A stretch of DNA of 64,000 bases from an uncultured Oscillospiraceae bacterium (GCA_947589225.1 CANQBC010000005.1:9006-73005), one strand, 5' to 3'. Counted from the stretch's first letter, positions 1-9,952 are shown. Notes: generated by a model not told the origin, from the letters alone. Numbers and translations: made by a program.

Positions 1-221
1 GAGAGATCCACCCGGCAGACCCCGTTCCCAATATCGATAAAAAGCGGCATGCCGGAAGGATCACACCCGTTAATCTCCTGTCGCAGCCGTTCAAGGGCTA
101 AATCCGGATTGGAGATTAGATGTCCGCCGCCAAACTCATTTTGATAGATGAGCTTTACCGCGTCCCGGATTTGAAAGCCGGCGCGCTGTTTTTCACACTG
201 GAGAATGTCGGAAAGCTCCAT
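1..221 (-). CDS. Hypothetical protein, 5' part only (gene runs off the window start)
   Basis: ATG at 219-221 (minus strand) opens the reading frame MELSDILQCEKQRAGFQIRDAVKLIYQNEFGGGHLI..., which stays open to position 1. It sits 2 nt downstream of the stop of the 224-445 gene, so the two look like an operon. I do not recognise the family. Confidence 0.45.
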   Translation of the reverse strand, partial: MELSDILQCEKQRAGFQIRDAVKLIYQNEFGGGHLISNPDLALERLRQEINGCDPSGMPLFIDIGNGVCRVDL

Positions 222-223
222 TC

Positions 224-445
224 TCACCACTCCCGCTTTATCTCGTCCTCGCGGACGCCGTAGGTTTCGCGGAACTCCCTCAGATCGCGGCCGGTGCGTA
301 TCAGCATCACCTCGGTGAACTTTCCGCTGACCGTGTCCTTGAAACCCGCCACCTGCTCGCCGGTGCAGATACTGGCGCGGATAACGGGGATCTTCCCGGT
401 CCTGTCGAAGGCCGGCGCCCCGGTCCGTTTCTTTTTGAACAGCAT
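224..445 (-). CDS. Small conserved hypothetical protein (73 aa)
   Basis: ORF-track protein MLFKKKRTGAPAFDRTGKIPVIRASICTGEQVAGFKD.... It is tightly packed between the helicase gene and the next gene on the same strand. No recognisable catalytic motif. Confidence 0.45.
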   Translation of the reverse strand: MLFKKKRTGAPAFDRTGKIPVIRASICTGEQVAGFKDTVSGKFTEVMLIRTGRDLREFRETYGVREDEIKREW

Positions 446-458
446 GGAAAGACCCCCC

Positions 459-2681
459 TTATTTCTTCCTCCCGCGCCTCACTGGCGCGGGTTTTCTTGT
501 CCGCCGGTAGCACTCGTCGCACAGACGGCCCTTCTGGTAAAGACCCAGGGACTTTCCGCAGATGGCGCAGAAGCGGATGTTGCTCTTCAGGCGCGTGAGC
601 AGGATCTCATTGATCTCCTCGGCCACGTCCTCCCGGGTCTCGTAGAGCTTGTCCTCATCCACCTGAAGGTCAAATGCCTTGGAGAAAGAGAAATAGAGGT
701 CAAGCTTCTTATAATAAAGCTCCAGCTCGGGCAGCGTCGGCTCTTCCGACCCCAGGCCCGGCTGCTCAATGGGTATGCCCTGCTGGTATTTGCGGAGAAG
801 CTCGAAGAAAAGCTCCCGCAGGCCCTCCGCAGTCTCGTCAAAGGGGATATTGGCCGCCCGCAGCTCCAGCTCCTTGGGGAAGGTAAAGCCCTGCTCCCGC
901 ATTTTTGAGATGATGGAAATATACCGGGAGATGTCCAGCTTCACATAGGGCTCCACAGTAGGCAGCTTGTTCCACTCCGTCAAAACCTCAAGCAGATCGA
1001 AATCTACCTGTAATACAAGCTCGGAAAAGCCCACCACCGCCTTCTCAATGGGCGGTACCGCGGCGGCAAGGCCAGCCTTTATGAAGGACAGGTTTTGGGT
1101 GGCGCCCACATAGCCTTTGTTGTACATCCCGAAGCGTCCGGCGCGGCCCGCGATCTGGCGGATCTCCTCCGGCCGCAGCTCCCGCCGCTCCGTCCCGTCA
1201 AATTTCTCCGTCTCCATGAAGATAATGCGCCGAATGGGGAGGTTGAGCCCCATGCCGATGGCGTCGGTGGAGACGACGTATTTCATGTCCCCGTTCAGAA
1301 ACCCCTCCATCTGCCGCCGGCGGGTGGAGTAGGGGAGGGCGCCGTAGATGATGGCAGGCTCCTTCCCGTGGGCTCTGAGCTCCTCCGCCACGCTGAGCAC
1401 GCCCACCTTGGAGAAGGTAATAAGCGCGTCCCCGGGCTGGATCCTGTCGGGGGAGATGGCGGAACGCATCGGGATGAGCGGCACCCGCCGCTCATGCCTC
1501 ACCACGTCGTAGGTGTCGCCGCAGCTTGTGATGAGGCGGATCAGGATATTTTCAGCCTCCGGAGCGGCGCACAGGTGTACCTCCGGGGAGAGCACGCCCA
1601 AGATCGCCCTTGTCCAGGCGTAGCCGCGCTGGGAGTCGGAGATCATCTGGCACTCGTCAATGACGGCCACGTCAAAATACCGCTTCAGATCCAGTTTTTC
1701 CGCCGTGGCGGCCACGTGGGTGTCCCCGGGACGGCTGTCCTCCTCCTCGCCGGTGGCCAGGGAGCAGTCCACGCGCGCGTCAAGAAGCGTCTCCTGCGCC
1801 TCCAGGGCCAGGAGCCTGAGCGGGCCGAGATATACGCCTGTGGGCGATTCCATGAGCCGCACAAGCCCCGCGTAGGTCTTGCCCGTGTTTGTCCCGCCCA
1901 GGTGGAGTATGAAGTGACGGCGCATGGCGCGGGCTTCCGGGTATTCGTCCTTGGGGTTGAGCGCCACGAGAAGCGAGAGGCTTGTGCGTATGGCCCGGGG
2001 CACGTACCACACCGACCAGACCTTTGAAAGCCCGTCCTTGAACAAAAGGCCCAGGGGAAAATCGGGAGAGCGAAGAAGGTCAAAAAGACTGTCGCTGTTC
2101 TCGATCCCGTGAAGCTCCTCGATCATCTGCTCGGATAGAGCGCGCAATATGTGTGGGTAGCGCTCAACGGCCAGGGTGCACCTAGGCTCCGACATGTTCT
2201 GGCGAATGTATGTTCCAGCCCGGATAAAACCCATGAGCGCGGAGTAAACGCTGTTACCCGGCCTGCCGTTTTCCAACGCCAGAAACTCGCCCAAATACGA
2301 GTGTATCTGCGCCCTGGAGCGGAATTGCGCGTCCGCCGCGGAGCCCAGCCGTGCCATGACCGCCCTGTGGTAGAGGCCGGCCAGCAGGGAGGGGGCGGAC
2401 TCATCCCATTCCACGCTGTGGAAGGATCCGTCCACAAGCTCCCGGAGGGACGCCGCCTCGGCCCTGTCCGCAATGGGAGAGATATCCGCCGCGACAGTAC
2501 GGCCCTCGGCAAAGGCGACGGTCGTTTCGGCGGACATGACGGTACTCCTTCTCCAGGTACGAACCCTGTGTCCGTCCCGCGTCCAGACAAGCCGCGGTTC
2601 CGGTAAAAGCTCCTTTATAAGTTCATTGGTCCATCCACGGCTTCTCAGCGTCGATATTGTCCAGGTCTTACCGCCGCTCAT
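459..2681 (-). CDS. SUV3-like superfamily-2 ATP-dependent helicase with a C-terminal CxxC...CxxC zinc ribbon
   Basis: Walker A motif GGTNTGKTY, DExx box VIDECQM and helicase C motifs (TDAIGMGLNLP, AGRAGR). C-terminal CAICGKSLGLYQKGRLCDEC. AGGAGG RBS upstream of the ATG at 2681. Confidence 0.7.
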   Translation of the reverse strand: MSGGKTWTISTLRSRGWTNELIKELLPEPRLVWTRDGHRVRTWRRSTVMSAETTVAFAEGRTVAADISPIADRAEAASLRELVDGSFHSVEWDESAPSLLAGLYHRAVMARLGSAADAQFRSRAQIHSYLGEFLALENGRPGNSVYSALMGFIRAGTYIRQNMSEPRCTLAVERYPHILRALSEQMIEELHGIENSDSLFDLLRSPDFPLGLLFKDGLSKVWSVWYVPRAIRTSLSLLVALNPKDEYPEARAMRRHFILHLGGTNTGKTYAGLVRLMESPTGVYLGPLRLLALEAQETLLDARVDCSLATGEEEDSRPGDTHVAATAEKLDLKRYFDVAVIDECQMISDSQRGYAWTRAILGVLSPEVHLCAAPEAENILIRLITSCGDTYDVVRHERRVPLIPMRSAISPDRIQPGDALITFSKVGVLSVAEELRAHGKEPAIIYGALPYSTRRRQMEGFLNGDMKYVVSTDAIGMGLNLPIRRIIFMETEKFDGTERRELRPEEIRQIAGRAGRFGMYNKGYVGATQNLSFIKAGLAAAVPPIEKAVVGFSELVLQVDFDLLEVLTEWNKLPTVEPYVKLDISRYISIISKMREQGFTFPKELELRAANIPFDETAEGLRELFFELLRKYQQGIPIEQPGLGSEEPTLPELELYYKKLDLYFSFSKAFDLQVDEDKLYETREDVAEEINEILLTRLKSNIRFCAICGKSLGLYQKGRLCDECYRRTRKPAPVRRGRKK

Positions 2682-2822
2682 CCGGCTTCCTCCTTTCCCG
2701 AAACGATAAAGATATAAGATATAATTTAAGGGCGGGTGCAGCCTGCCCTTAAAAACTTAAAATAATCAGCGATACTCATTGAAAAGAAGAGACAAGTCAG
2801 CCATAATTAACACAAAAAAAGC

Positions 2823-3596
2823 TTACTCACAAATTCTGACGGATTCCACCGAAAGGCAGCTGCCGGTCAAGGGGTCAATGTCAAAAAGCGCCCCCTCGAT
2901 TTTGCACGGGCCTTCGGCCTGAAAGTAGGGGGTGCGGATCGGTGAGCCCAAGAACCGGGAGACGGACTGCTCGGGTTTGACGCCGAGAATGGACTGCTCC
3001 GGCCCCGTCATGCCAAGATCTGTGATGAATCCGGTGCCCTTTGGCAGGATCCGTCCGTCGGAGGTCTGTACGTGGGTGTGCGTACCCCAAAGGGCTGTGA
3101 TGCGCCCGTCCAGGTGCCACGCCAAGGCCGCCTTTTCGCTGGTGGCCTCGGCGTGGAAGTCCACAAGGACGATCTTTGCCGTCAGCTTCGCAAGGATCCG
3201 TTCCGCCTCATAGAAGGGATTGTCAGGCCCGAAGTCCATCCCACAGCGTCCAATGAGGTTTATGACCGCGACCTTCCCAAAGGGTGTGTCAAACTCGCCC
3301 CATCCCATGCCGGGGGAGAGGGGGGACAGATTGGCGGGACGAAGGATGTTCCGCCTGTCGTCCAGATACCGAAGGATATTCTTTTTTTGAAAGGCGTGGT
3401 TTCCCAAGGTGATCACGTCCGCCCCGGCGGCGAAAAGGGACTCAGCCTGGTTCGGCTCAATCCCCACAACGGCGGCGTTCTCGCCGTTCACCACGCAAAA
3501 GTCCACAGCCTTGAGCTTTCGGAAGCCCCACAGCTTTTTTTGCAGATAGGAGACGGCGTTCTCCCCCACCACGTCGCCGATACAAAGTATATTCAC
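2823..3596 (-). CDS. ymdB: YmdB-family metallophosphoesterase (2',3'-cyclic-nucleotide phosphodiesterase)
   Basis: N-terminus MNILCIGDVVG, plus GENAA, TLGNHAF and DFHAEATSEK motifs typical of the TIGR00282/YmdB family. Confidence 0.8.
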   Translation of the reverse strand: MNILCIGDVVGENAVSYLQKKLWGFRKLKAVDFCVVNGENAAVVGIEPNQAESLFAAGADVITLGNHAFQKKNILRYLDDRRNILRPANLSPLSPGMGWGEFDTPFGKVAVINLIGRCGMDFGPDNPFYEAERILAKLTAKIVLVDFHAEATSEKAALAWHLDGRITALWGTHTHVQTSDGRILPKGTGFITDLGMTGPEQSILGVKPEQSVSRFLGSPIRTPYFQAEGPCKIEGALFDIDPLTGSCLSVESVRICE

Positions 3597-4498
3597 AGGC
3601 TGTTACCCACGGAAATGCGCACGGCCCGGTGGTGGTTCACGATGTCAACGTTTCGGTAAATGCCACCGTCCTCGCCGTCCCGCGTCCACTGCACCTCGTC
3701 GTCGAAGGCAAAGCTGATACGGCCGGTGTGAAGGAGCGTCACGTTGTCGGAATTGAAGTTGCGCTTGAGAATATTGCCGAGCGTCACGTTCAGCTCCGCC
3801 AGGTTCCGGGGCTTTCTGATGAGCAGGACTTCAAATAGCCCGTCGTCCAGGGAGACGTTCTCCTCGTCAAATTTGACGATGCCGCCGGCCACGGTCAAGG
3901 TGTTTGTGACAAACCCAAACAGTATGTCGCCCTCGATATACCCGCCGTCGTAGTGAATGCGGGTGTGGTGGGTGGTTATATCGGTCAGCTGCCCCAGGGC
4001 CTCAACAAGATACGCCAGATACCCCCAGGTGTTTTTTGCCGCCTGTGGAGTGGTAAAGGGCACGTTGGTAAAAGTGCCAAATGCCGCCACGTAGCCGAAA
4101 TAATCCCGCCCAAGCTGACCTACGTCAAGAAGCCTGCGCTCGGAGTAGGAGCTGAGATTCTCAATGGCGTCTTTGGGCGTCTTGGGTATGCTCAGGGAAG
4201 TGGCCATGTCGTTTGTGGTGCCCAGGGGAATATAGCTTATTTCCGGGCGGCTTTCAGGCTCCAACCGCATAAGGCCGGAGATGACCTCGTTGAGGGTCCC
4301 GTCGCCGCCGGTGCAGACGACCCTCTTGAGTCCGGCACCGTACTTTTCGGCAAAATCCGAGGCGTCGCCGCGCTTTTCGGTGACGCAAACGCGCACGCTC
4401 TCGCCGCCCGCGCAGAGCGTCGAGAGTATGTCCATCAAGATATTCCGAACCCGGCCCTTGCCAGATACGGGGTTTACGATGAGGAGGGTGCTGTCCAT
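3593..4498 (-). CDS. Diacylglycerol-kinase-family lipid kinase (YegS/BmrU type)
   Basis: LIVNPVSGKG near the N-terminus and the GGDGTLNEV motif. 4-nt overlap with ymdB. Confidence 0.8.
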   Translation of the reverse strand: MDSTLLIVNPVSGKGRVRNILMDILSTLCAGGESVRVCVTEKRGDASDFAEKYGAGLKRVVCTGGDGTLNEVISGLMRLEPESRPEISYIPLGTTNDMATSLSIPKTPKDAIENLSSYSERRLLDVGQLGRDYFGYVAAFGTFTNVPFTTPQAAKNTWGYLAYLVEALGQLTDITTHHTRIHYDGGYIEGDILFGFVTNTLTVAGGIVKFDEENVSLDDGLFEVLLIRKPRNLAELNVTLGNILKRNFNSDNVTLLHTGRISFAFDDEVQWTRDGEDGGIYRNVDIVNHHRAVRISVGNSL

Positions 4499-4645
4499 AA
4501 AATGTACCTCTCACTGTGAGCCGGCCATGCGTCCGGCCCCTGTGCCGTCGTTGTGGGATCCGGGGCGGCCCGCCACATGATATTGGCTCACCCGCTGGCT
4601 CTGCTTCTCACGCCACACGGTCAATGACCGTGCGGCTGTTGTAAG

Positions 4646-5821
4646 TCATTTGGCGTCGATCACCCTGACACGAACCACACCGTTAATGGCCTTTACCGCG
4701 TCGGCCAGGGACGCATCGGGCTGTTCGCCCAGCTCCAGCATCGTGTAGCTTATCTTGCTGCCCTTCAGGGAGGAGTTGACCATATTCTCAATGTTCAGAC
4801 CCGCGCCGGACACGGCGCCGGTTATTTTGGCTATCATGGAGGGCACGTTTCTGTGAAATACGCAGAGACGCGCCAGACGCGAGGGAGACATGACGGCCTT
4901 ACCAAAATTGACGGAATTATTGATGTTGCCGTTCTCAATATAATCTTTGGCCTCCTGCGCCGCCATGACAGCGCAGTTTTCCTCGCTCTCCCAGGTGGTG
5001 CCGCCCAAATGGGGGGTCATCACCACGTTCTTTGTGCCGATGAGGGTGTTGGTGGGGAAGTCCGTAACGAAGCGCGCCACCTTGCCGGTGTTCAGCGCGG
5101 CGCGGATGGCTTCTTCGTTGACTACCTGCTGGCGCGCGTAGTTGATGATGCGTACCCCGTCTTTCATTTTGGCAAGGAACCCGGCGTCAACCATGTCCCG
5201 TGTCTCGTCGGTGAGAGGGACGTGCAGGGTGATAAAGTCGCAGTCCGCGAGATCCTCAAGACGGTCGACCCTGACCACCTTGTTGGAGATGGCCCAGGCG
5301 GCGTCCACGGAGAGGTAGGGATCGTAGCCGTACACGTCCATGCCAAGGTGCTGGCAGATGTTGGATACCCTGCGGCCCACGTTGCCCATACCGATGACGC
5401 CGATCTTTTTGCCCATGTACTCGGGGCCTGCAAACTGCTTTTTGACCTTCTCCATGACCACGGAGACGTCGCGCTCTTTTGTATCGAAATTGAGAACCCA
5501 CTGGATGGCGCCGAGAATGTCGCGGCAGGCCATACCCAGGGCCATAAGAAAAATCTCCTTGACGCCGTTGGCGTTGCCTCCGGGGGTGTTGAAAACCACG
5601 ACGCCCTTTTCGGCAAGCTTGTCGAGAGGGATGGTGTTCACGCCGATGCCGGCCCGGGCAACACACAGAAGCCTGTCGCCGAACTCGTAGTCCAGAAGCG
5701 AGGAGGCACGGACAAAAATGACCTCCGGGTTTTCAAGATCCTCGCCGATCTCGTAGCGGGAGGGATCCAGAATGGCCTTGCAGGCGGGGGAGATGTTGTT
5801 GATCGTCTTAATCTTTACCAT
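4646..5821 (-). CDS. serA: D-3-phosphoglycerate dehydrogenase with C-terminal ACT domain
   Basis: 2-hydroxyacid dehydrogenase NAD-binding motif GVIGMGNVGRRV and catalytic-region motifs (NTPGGNA, TPHLGG). Lies immediately downstream of serC. Confidence 0.8.
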   Translation of the reverse strand: MVKIKTINNISPACKAILDPSRYEIGEDLENPEVIFVRASSLLDYEFGDRLLCVARAGIGVNTIPLDKLAEKGVVVFNTPGGNANGVKEIFLMALGMACRDILGAIQWVLNFDTKERDVSVVMEKVKKQFAGPEYMGKKIGVIGMGNVGRRVSNICQHLGMDVYGYDPYLSVDAAWAISNKVVRVDRLEDLADCDFITLHVPLTDETRDMVDAGFLAKMKDGVRIINYARQQVVNEEAIRAALNTGKVARFVTDFPTNTLIGTKNVVMTPHLGGTTWESEENCAVMAAQEAKDYIENGNINNSVNFGKAVMSPSRLARLCVFHRNVPSMIAKITGAVSGAGLNIENMVNSSLKGSKISYTMLELGEQPDASLADAVKAINGVVRVRVIDAK

Positions 5822-5839
5822 TATATCTTACCTCTAAAA

Positions 5840-6928
5840 TCAGATTTTATTATTCAATTCAAACCGGCCCATGAAATCCACAAGCCTCCGGACACCCTCC
5901 ACAGGCATGGCGTTATAGAGGGAGGCGCGCATACCGCCCACGATGCGGTGACCCGCCAGGGAGACAAGCCCGTTCGCGGCGGCTTCCCTGACAAATTTCG
6001 CGTCAAGGTCGGCATTGCCTGTGCGGAAGGTGACGTTCATTTTGGAGCGCGCGCTCTTTTCCGCGCACCCGGTGAAGAGCTTTGAGTTATCCAGAAAGTC
6101 GTATAGGAGGCCGGATCGAAGATCCCGAAGCTGCTCCATCCCCGTAAGGCCGCCCATCTCCTTTACCCATTTGAGAACGAGCCCCAGCATGTAGATGTTG
6201 TAGGTGGGGGGCGTGTTGTACATGGAGTCCTTTTCAATCGTGGTCTTGTAGCTGAGGATCGTGGGCGTGCAGGGAAGTTCGCGGCCGGCAAGGTGTTTGT
6301 CGACGATGACCGCCGCCATGCCCGCGGGGGCCATGTTTTTCTGAACGCCGGCGTAGATGAGACCGTGACCGGCGATGTCTACGGGTTTTGAGAGAAGGTT
6401 GGAGCTCATGTCCGCCACCACCGGGCAGTCCGCCCGCGGCGTGTAGTCCCACTCGGTGCCGTAGATGGTGTTGTTGGCGCAGTAGTGGAAATAGGAGGCG
6501 CCGGCGCTCAGGTCAAGCTCGGACTGGCGCGGGATGACCGTGTGCTTTTTCTCCGTCGTATCGGCGGCGATGTGTACCTCGCCGTATTTTTTTGCCTCCT
6601 TTGCGGCAAGAGACGAGAAGTTGCCGGTCACGGCGTAGTCGGCCTTTCCCGTGGCGCCCATGAGGTTCATGGCCACGGCGGCGAACTGGCCCGTGGCGCC
6701 GCCCTGCATAAACAGGATCTCGTGGCTCTCCGGCACGGACAGGATCTCGCGCATAAGGGCCTTTGTCTCGTCAAAGATCTCCTGATACGCCTTGGAACGG
6801 TGGCTCATCTCCATGACGGACATACCGGAGAGGTTATAGTTTGTCAGCTCCGACGCCGCCTTTTCCAGTACCGGGAGCGGCAGCATGGAGGGGCCGGCGG
6901 AGAAGTTGTAGATTCGCTCTTTACCCAT
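5840..6928 (-). CDS. serC: Phosphoserine aminotransferase
   Basis: N-terminus RIYNFSAGPSMLP, MEMSHRSK and a QKN..PAG region, all typical of SerC. Adjacent to serA. Confidence 0.85.
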   Translation of the reverse strand: MGKERIYNFSAGPSMLPLPVLEKAASELTNYNLSGMSVMEMSHRSKAYQEIFDETKALMREILSVPESHEILFMQGGATGQFAAVAMNLMGATGKADYAVTGNFSSLAAKEAKKYGEVHIAADTTEKKHTVIPRQSELDLSAGASYFHYCANNTIYGTEWDYTPRADCPVVADMSSNLLSKPVDIAGHGLIYAGVQKNMAPAGMAAVIVDKHLAGRELPCTPTILSYKTTIEKDSMYNTPPTYNIYMLGLVLKWVKEMGGLTGMEQLRDLRSGLLYDFLDNSKLFTGCAEKSARSKMNVTFRTGNADLDAKFVREAAANGLVSLAGHRIVGGMRASLYNAMPVEGVRRLVDFMGRFELNNKI

Positions 6929-6990
6929 ATTTACGTTCCTTTCGGAGAATTATCTTTAATCAGATAAATTATACATTTTTCTTATTTATT

Positions 6991-8280
6991 TTACAAGAGG
7001 ACATTTCCCCAAAGCGCCCCGTTGGAAACGCCGGTGATTTGTACATTTACCACAGCGTTATGCAGGTTTTCTCCATTTGCGAAAACCGGGGCGTAATTTC
7101 CCGCGTGGCCCGTCCAGACGCCGGAGGTTTCCGTCTCAAAAAGGACGGAGGGAGTTTTACCGATTTGAGAGGCCAGGAATTCCTCCCGCATCCGCCGCGC
7201 TATGGCAGCCGCTCTGTGGGCGCGCTCTTCCTTGACGGCGCGGGGAAGCTGTTCCATCTTTGCCGCCGCCGTTCCGGGGCGGACGGAATAGGGGAATACG
7301 TGCATGGAGGAAAACCGGCATTTTTCGATAAAGGCCAGGGCCTCTCCGAAATCCTCCTCCGTCTCCCCGGGAAAACCCGTGATGAGGTCGGCGGTGAGGC
7401 CGCAGTTATCAAAATACTTCCGCAACTGCGTCACCGATTCCAAAAAACGGGCGGTGTCGTATTTGCGCCTCATGGCGGCGAGGATCCTGTCGCAGCCGCT
7501 TTGCAGGGACAGGTGGAAGTGGGGACAGAGGTTCGGGAGCGCGGAAAGCTCCCGGCAGAAGTCCTCTGTGACCACCCTGGGTTCAAGGGATCCCAGGCGT
7601 ATCCGGCATCCGGGCGCGGCGAGGGCGACGGCCTTGACCGCGTCGACAAGCGTGGGCTTTCCGGGGAGATCCGAGCCGTAGGAGGCGATCTCGATGCCGG
7701 TGAGGACGATCTCCCTATACCCGGCCTTTGCCAGCGCCCCGGCCTCGGCGGCGCATTTGTCAAGCGCCAGGGAGCGCACGCGGCCCCTTGTATACGGTAT
7801 GATGCAATAGGAGCAGAAGTTTACGCACCCGTCCTCGATCTTTAAAAGCGCCCTTGTGCGGCCCTCGGGGCTTCCGGCGGGCAGGAGCTCAAAGGCGCGC
7901 CGGTCAAATGGGTCGTCCACGTTCGTGACGCGGCACCGGGAAGAGAGGGCCTTTTCGACCTCCTCCACTAAGCCGGCCTTGCCGCCGCTTCCGTAGACGA
8001 TGTCCCCAAGCGCGGACGCGCCCTCAGGATCTGCCTGACTCCAGCAGCCGCAGACCGCGACCACCGCGCCGGGGTTGAGCTCCTTCAGGTGCCGCACGGC
8101 CTGACGGGATTTGCGCCCCGCCTCTCCCGTGACGGCACAGGTGTTGACGACGATGGCATCAAGGCCCGTCTCCTCCGCCGTGACCTCATGCCCCCGCGCG
8201 GCGAACATGGTCTCCATGGCGGCGGACTCGAACTGATTGACCTTACAGCCCATGGTGTGAATGTGAATCCTCATAAACAT
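6991..8280 (-). CDS. mtaB: tRNA threonylcarbamoyladenosine methylthiotransferase (radical SAM, MiaB-like)
   Basis: N-terminal TMGCKVNQFES, radical-SAM CSYCIIPYTRG and a C-terminal TRAM-like region. The start may be the second ATG (MRIHIHT). Confidence 0.8.
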   Translation of the reverse strand: MFMRIHIHTMGCKVNQFESAAMETMFAARGHEVTAEETGLDAIVVNTCAVTGEAGRKSRQAVRHLKELNPGAVVAVCGCWSQADPEGASALGDIVYGSGGKAGLVEEVEKALSSRCRVTNVDDPFDRRAFELLPAGSPEGRTRALLKIEDGCVNFCSYCIIPYTRGRVRSLALDKCAAEAGALAKAGYREIVLTGIEIASYGSDLPGKPTLVDAVKAVALAAPGCRIRLGSLEPRVVTEDFCRELSALPNLCPHFHLSLQSGCDRILAAMRRKYDTARFLESVTQLRKYFDNCGLTADLITGFPGETEEDFGEALAFIEKCRFSSMHVFPYSVRPGTAAAKMEQLPRAVKEERAHRAAAIARRMREEFLASQIGKTPSVLFETETSGVWTGHAGNYAPVFANGENLHNAVVNVQITGVSNGALWGNVLL

Positions 8281-8364
8281 CTTGTCCTATCGGTTTTTTC
8301 GTTGTATAATACCGTATGTTCAGACATTATAGCCCATGAAGTGGCTAAAATCAAGGTGATTTCC

Positions 8365-9504
8365 GTGACAGTCTATTTCGATAACGCCGCCACCACCAAG
8401 CCCTGCCCGGAGGCGGTGGAGGCGGTGGCCGGGGCGATGACCCGGGACTTCGGCAACCCCTCCTCCGGCCACGCCGCCGGGAGACGCGCCGCCGGGGCGT
8501 TGAGAGCCGCCCGCGAGGCCGTCGCCGCCGTCCTGAGGTGCGAGCCGGGAGAGATCGTATTTACCTCCGGCGGCACGGAGGCGGACAATATGGCTCTCCG
8601 GGGCGCGGCGTATTTACAGCGCCATAAGCGCCGCCACATCATCACAAGCGAGGCCGAGCACGACGCGGTGCGTAAAACGGCGCGGGACCTCGCCCGCCAG
8701 GGGTACGAGGTCACCTTCCTAAAGCCGGACAGCACCGGGGCCGTGAGCGTAGACCGGGTTCTGGACGCCCTCCGGGAGGACACGGGACTTCTCTCCCTCA
8801 TGCTGGTCAACAACGAGACGGGCGCCGTGACGGACGTGGCCGCGATCGCGGCGGCGGTGAAGCGGGCAGATCCCGATGTGATCGTCCACTCCGACTGCGT
8901 CCAGGCACTTTTAAAGGTTCCCTTCACACCGAAGGGACTTGGCGCGGATCTGGTCACCGTCTCCTCCCACAAGATCCACGGCCCCAAGGGCGCCGGCGCG
9001 CTCTATATAAAAAAGGGCCTGCGTCTGCCCGGCCTTCTCACCGGCGGTGGACAGGAGAACGGCGTCCGCCCCGGCACGGAGCCTATGCCCGCCATTCTGG
9101 GCTTTGCCGCCGCGGCGAGGGCCGGGATGACGACCTTCCCGGATGACATGAAACGGATGGTTGACATAAAAAAATATCTTATGGACAATCTGGCCCGTGA
9201 GATCCCCGGCGTCCGGTTTATAGGGGAGAGCCGCGCTCCGCATATTCTGAGCGTCTCCCTGCCGGGGTATAAGAGCGAGGTGCTCATGAACCTCTTAGAC
9301 GCCCGGGGCATCTGCCTTTCCAAGTCCTCCGCCTGCAAAAAGGGCGCGCGCAGTCACGTCCTGGAGGCCATGGGCGAGAGCGCGGAGGTCATTGACGGCG
9401 CCATCCGCGTGAGCCTTTCCCGGTACTCCACCGTGGAGGAGGCGGATATCCTCGTCCGTGAGCTCGGAGCCGCGTCGGAGACATTGAGGGTGAAAATAAA
9501 ATGA
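8365..9504 (+). CDS. Class V aminotransferase / cysteine desulfurase (NifS-like)
   Basis: YFDNAATTKP N-terminus, and SSHKIHGPKG with the PLP lysine. The track ORF starts at 8089, but that would overlap mtaB. A GTG at 8365 is preceded by AAGGTGA, and GTGs at 8341 or 8356 are also possible. Confidence 0.75.
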   Translation: MTVYFDNAATTKPCPEAVEAVAGAMTRDFGNPSSGHAAGRRAAGALRAAREAVAAVLRCEPGEIVFTSGGTEADNMALRGAAYLQRHKRRHIITSEAEHDAVRKTARDLARQGYEVTFLKPDSTGAVSVDRVLDALREDTGLLSLMLVNNETGAVTDVAAIAAAVKRADPDVIVHSDCVQALLKVPFTPKGLGADLVTVSSHKIHGPKGAGALYIKKGLRLPGLLTGGGQENGVRPGTEPMPAILGFAAAARAGMTTFPDDMKRMVDIKKYLMDNLAREIPGVRFIGESRAPHILSVSLPGYKSEVLMNLLDARGICLSKSSACKKGARSHVLEAMGESAEVIDGAIRVSLSRYSTVEEADILVRELGAASETLRVKIK

Positions 9505-9866
9505 CGGGAGATATATACCGCGAATTGAAAACGGCCTTCGAGAGAGAACGACCCCGTAAAAGCCGCGGCGATGGCGGCGTATATGAGGAACCAGTTTGTT
9601 TTTTTAGGGTATCCCCACCGCCTGAGCGGAGGGCGGTCTATAAGGACTATCTCCGGAACCAGCGTAAAACCAGGCGCGTGGACTGGGAGCTCCTAAACCG
9701 GTGCTGGCGGGACGAGCACCGGGAATTCCAGTATTTTGTTGTCGATCACCTCTTTGAAATGCGGAAGGCCCTGACCTTTGAGGACATGCCAGCCTTGAGC
9801 AATACGCCCGGACAAATTGATACCATGGAAAAGCCCGGTGTCACCGAGGCGGGAAAGTACCTGTAG
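9501..9866 (+). pseudogene. Decayed DNA alkylation repair (AlkD-like HEAT-repeat) gene: frameshifted and 3'-truncated
   Basis: The family signature is split across two frames. The +1 frame reads NDPVKAAAMAAYMRNQFVFLG (9549-9611). The frame continuing from the ATG reads PPPERRAVYKDYL...DWELLNRCWRDEHREFQYFVVDHL. The switch back happens at a T7 run at 9599-9605. Only ~120 of the expected ~220+ codons are present. Confidence 0.55.
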
Positions 9867-9952
9867 TCTTTCCACTTTGCGGTTGCATTTTCCGGCGGTT
9901 TGGGATATAATGCGAGTCAACCCAGTGAATCGATAGGGAGTATGGTGAAAAG

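Noticed and set aside
8089-8364. The N-terminal extension of the NifS-like ORF suggested by the ORF track (start at 8089).
   Set aside because: It would overlap the 5' end of mtaB on the other strand by ~190 nt and encodes non-conserved sequence. The family-typical N-terminus (YFDNAATT) begins right after the GTG at 8365, which has an RBS.
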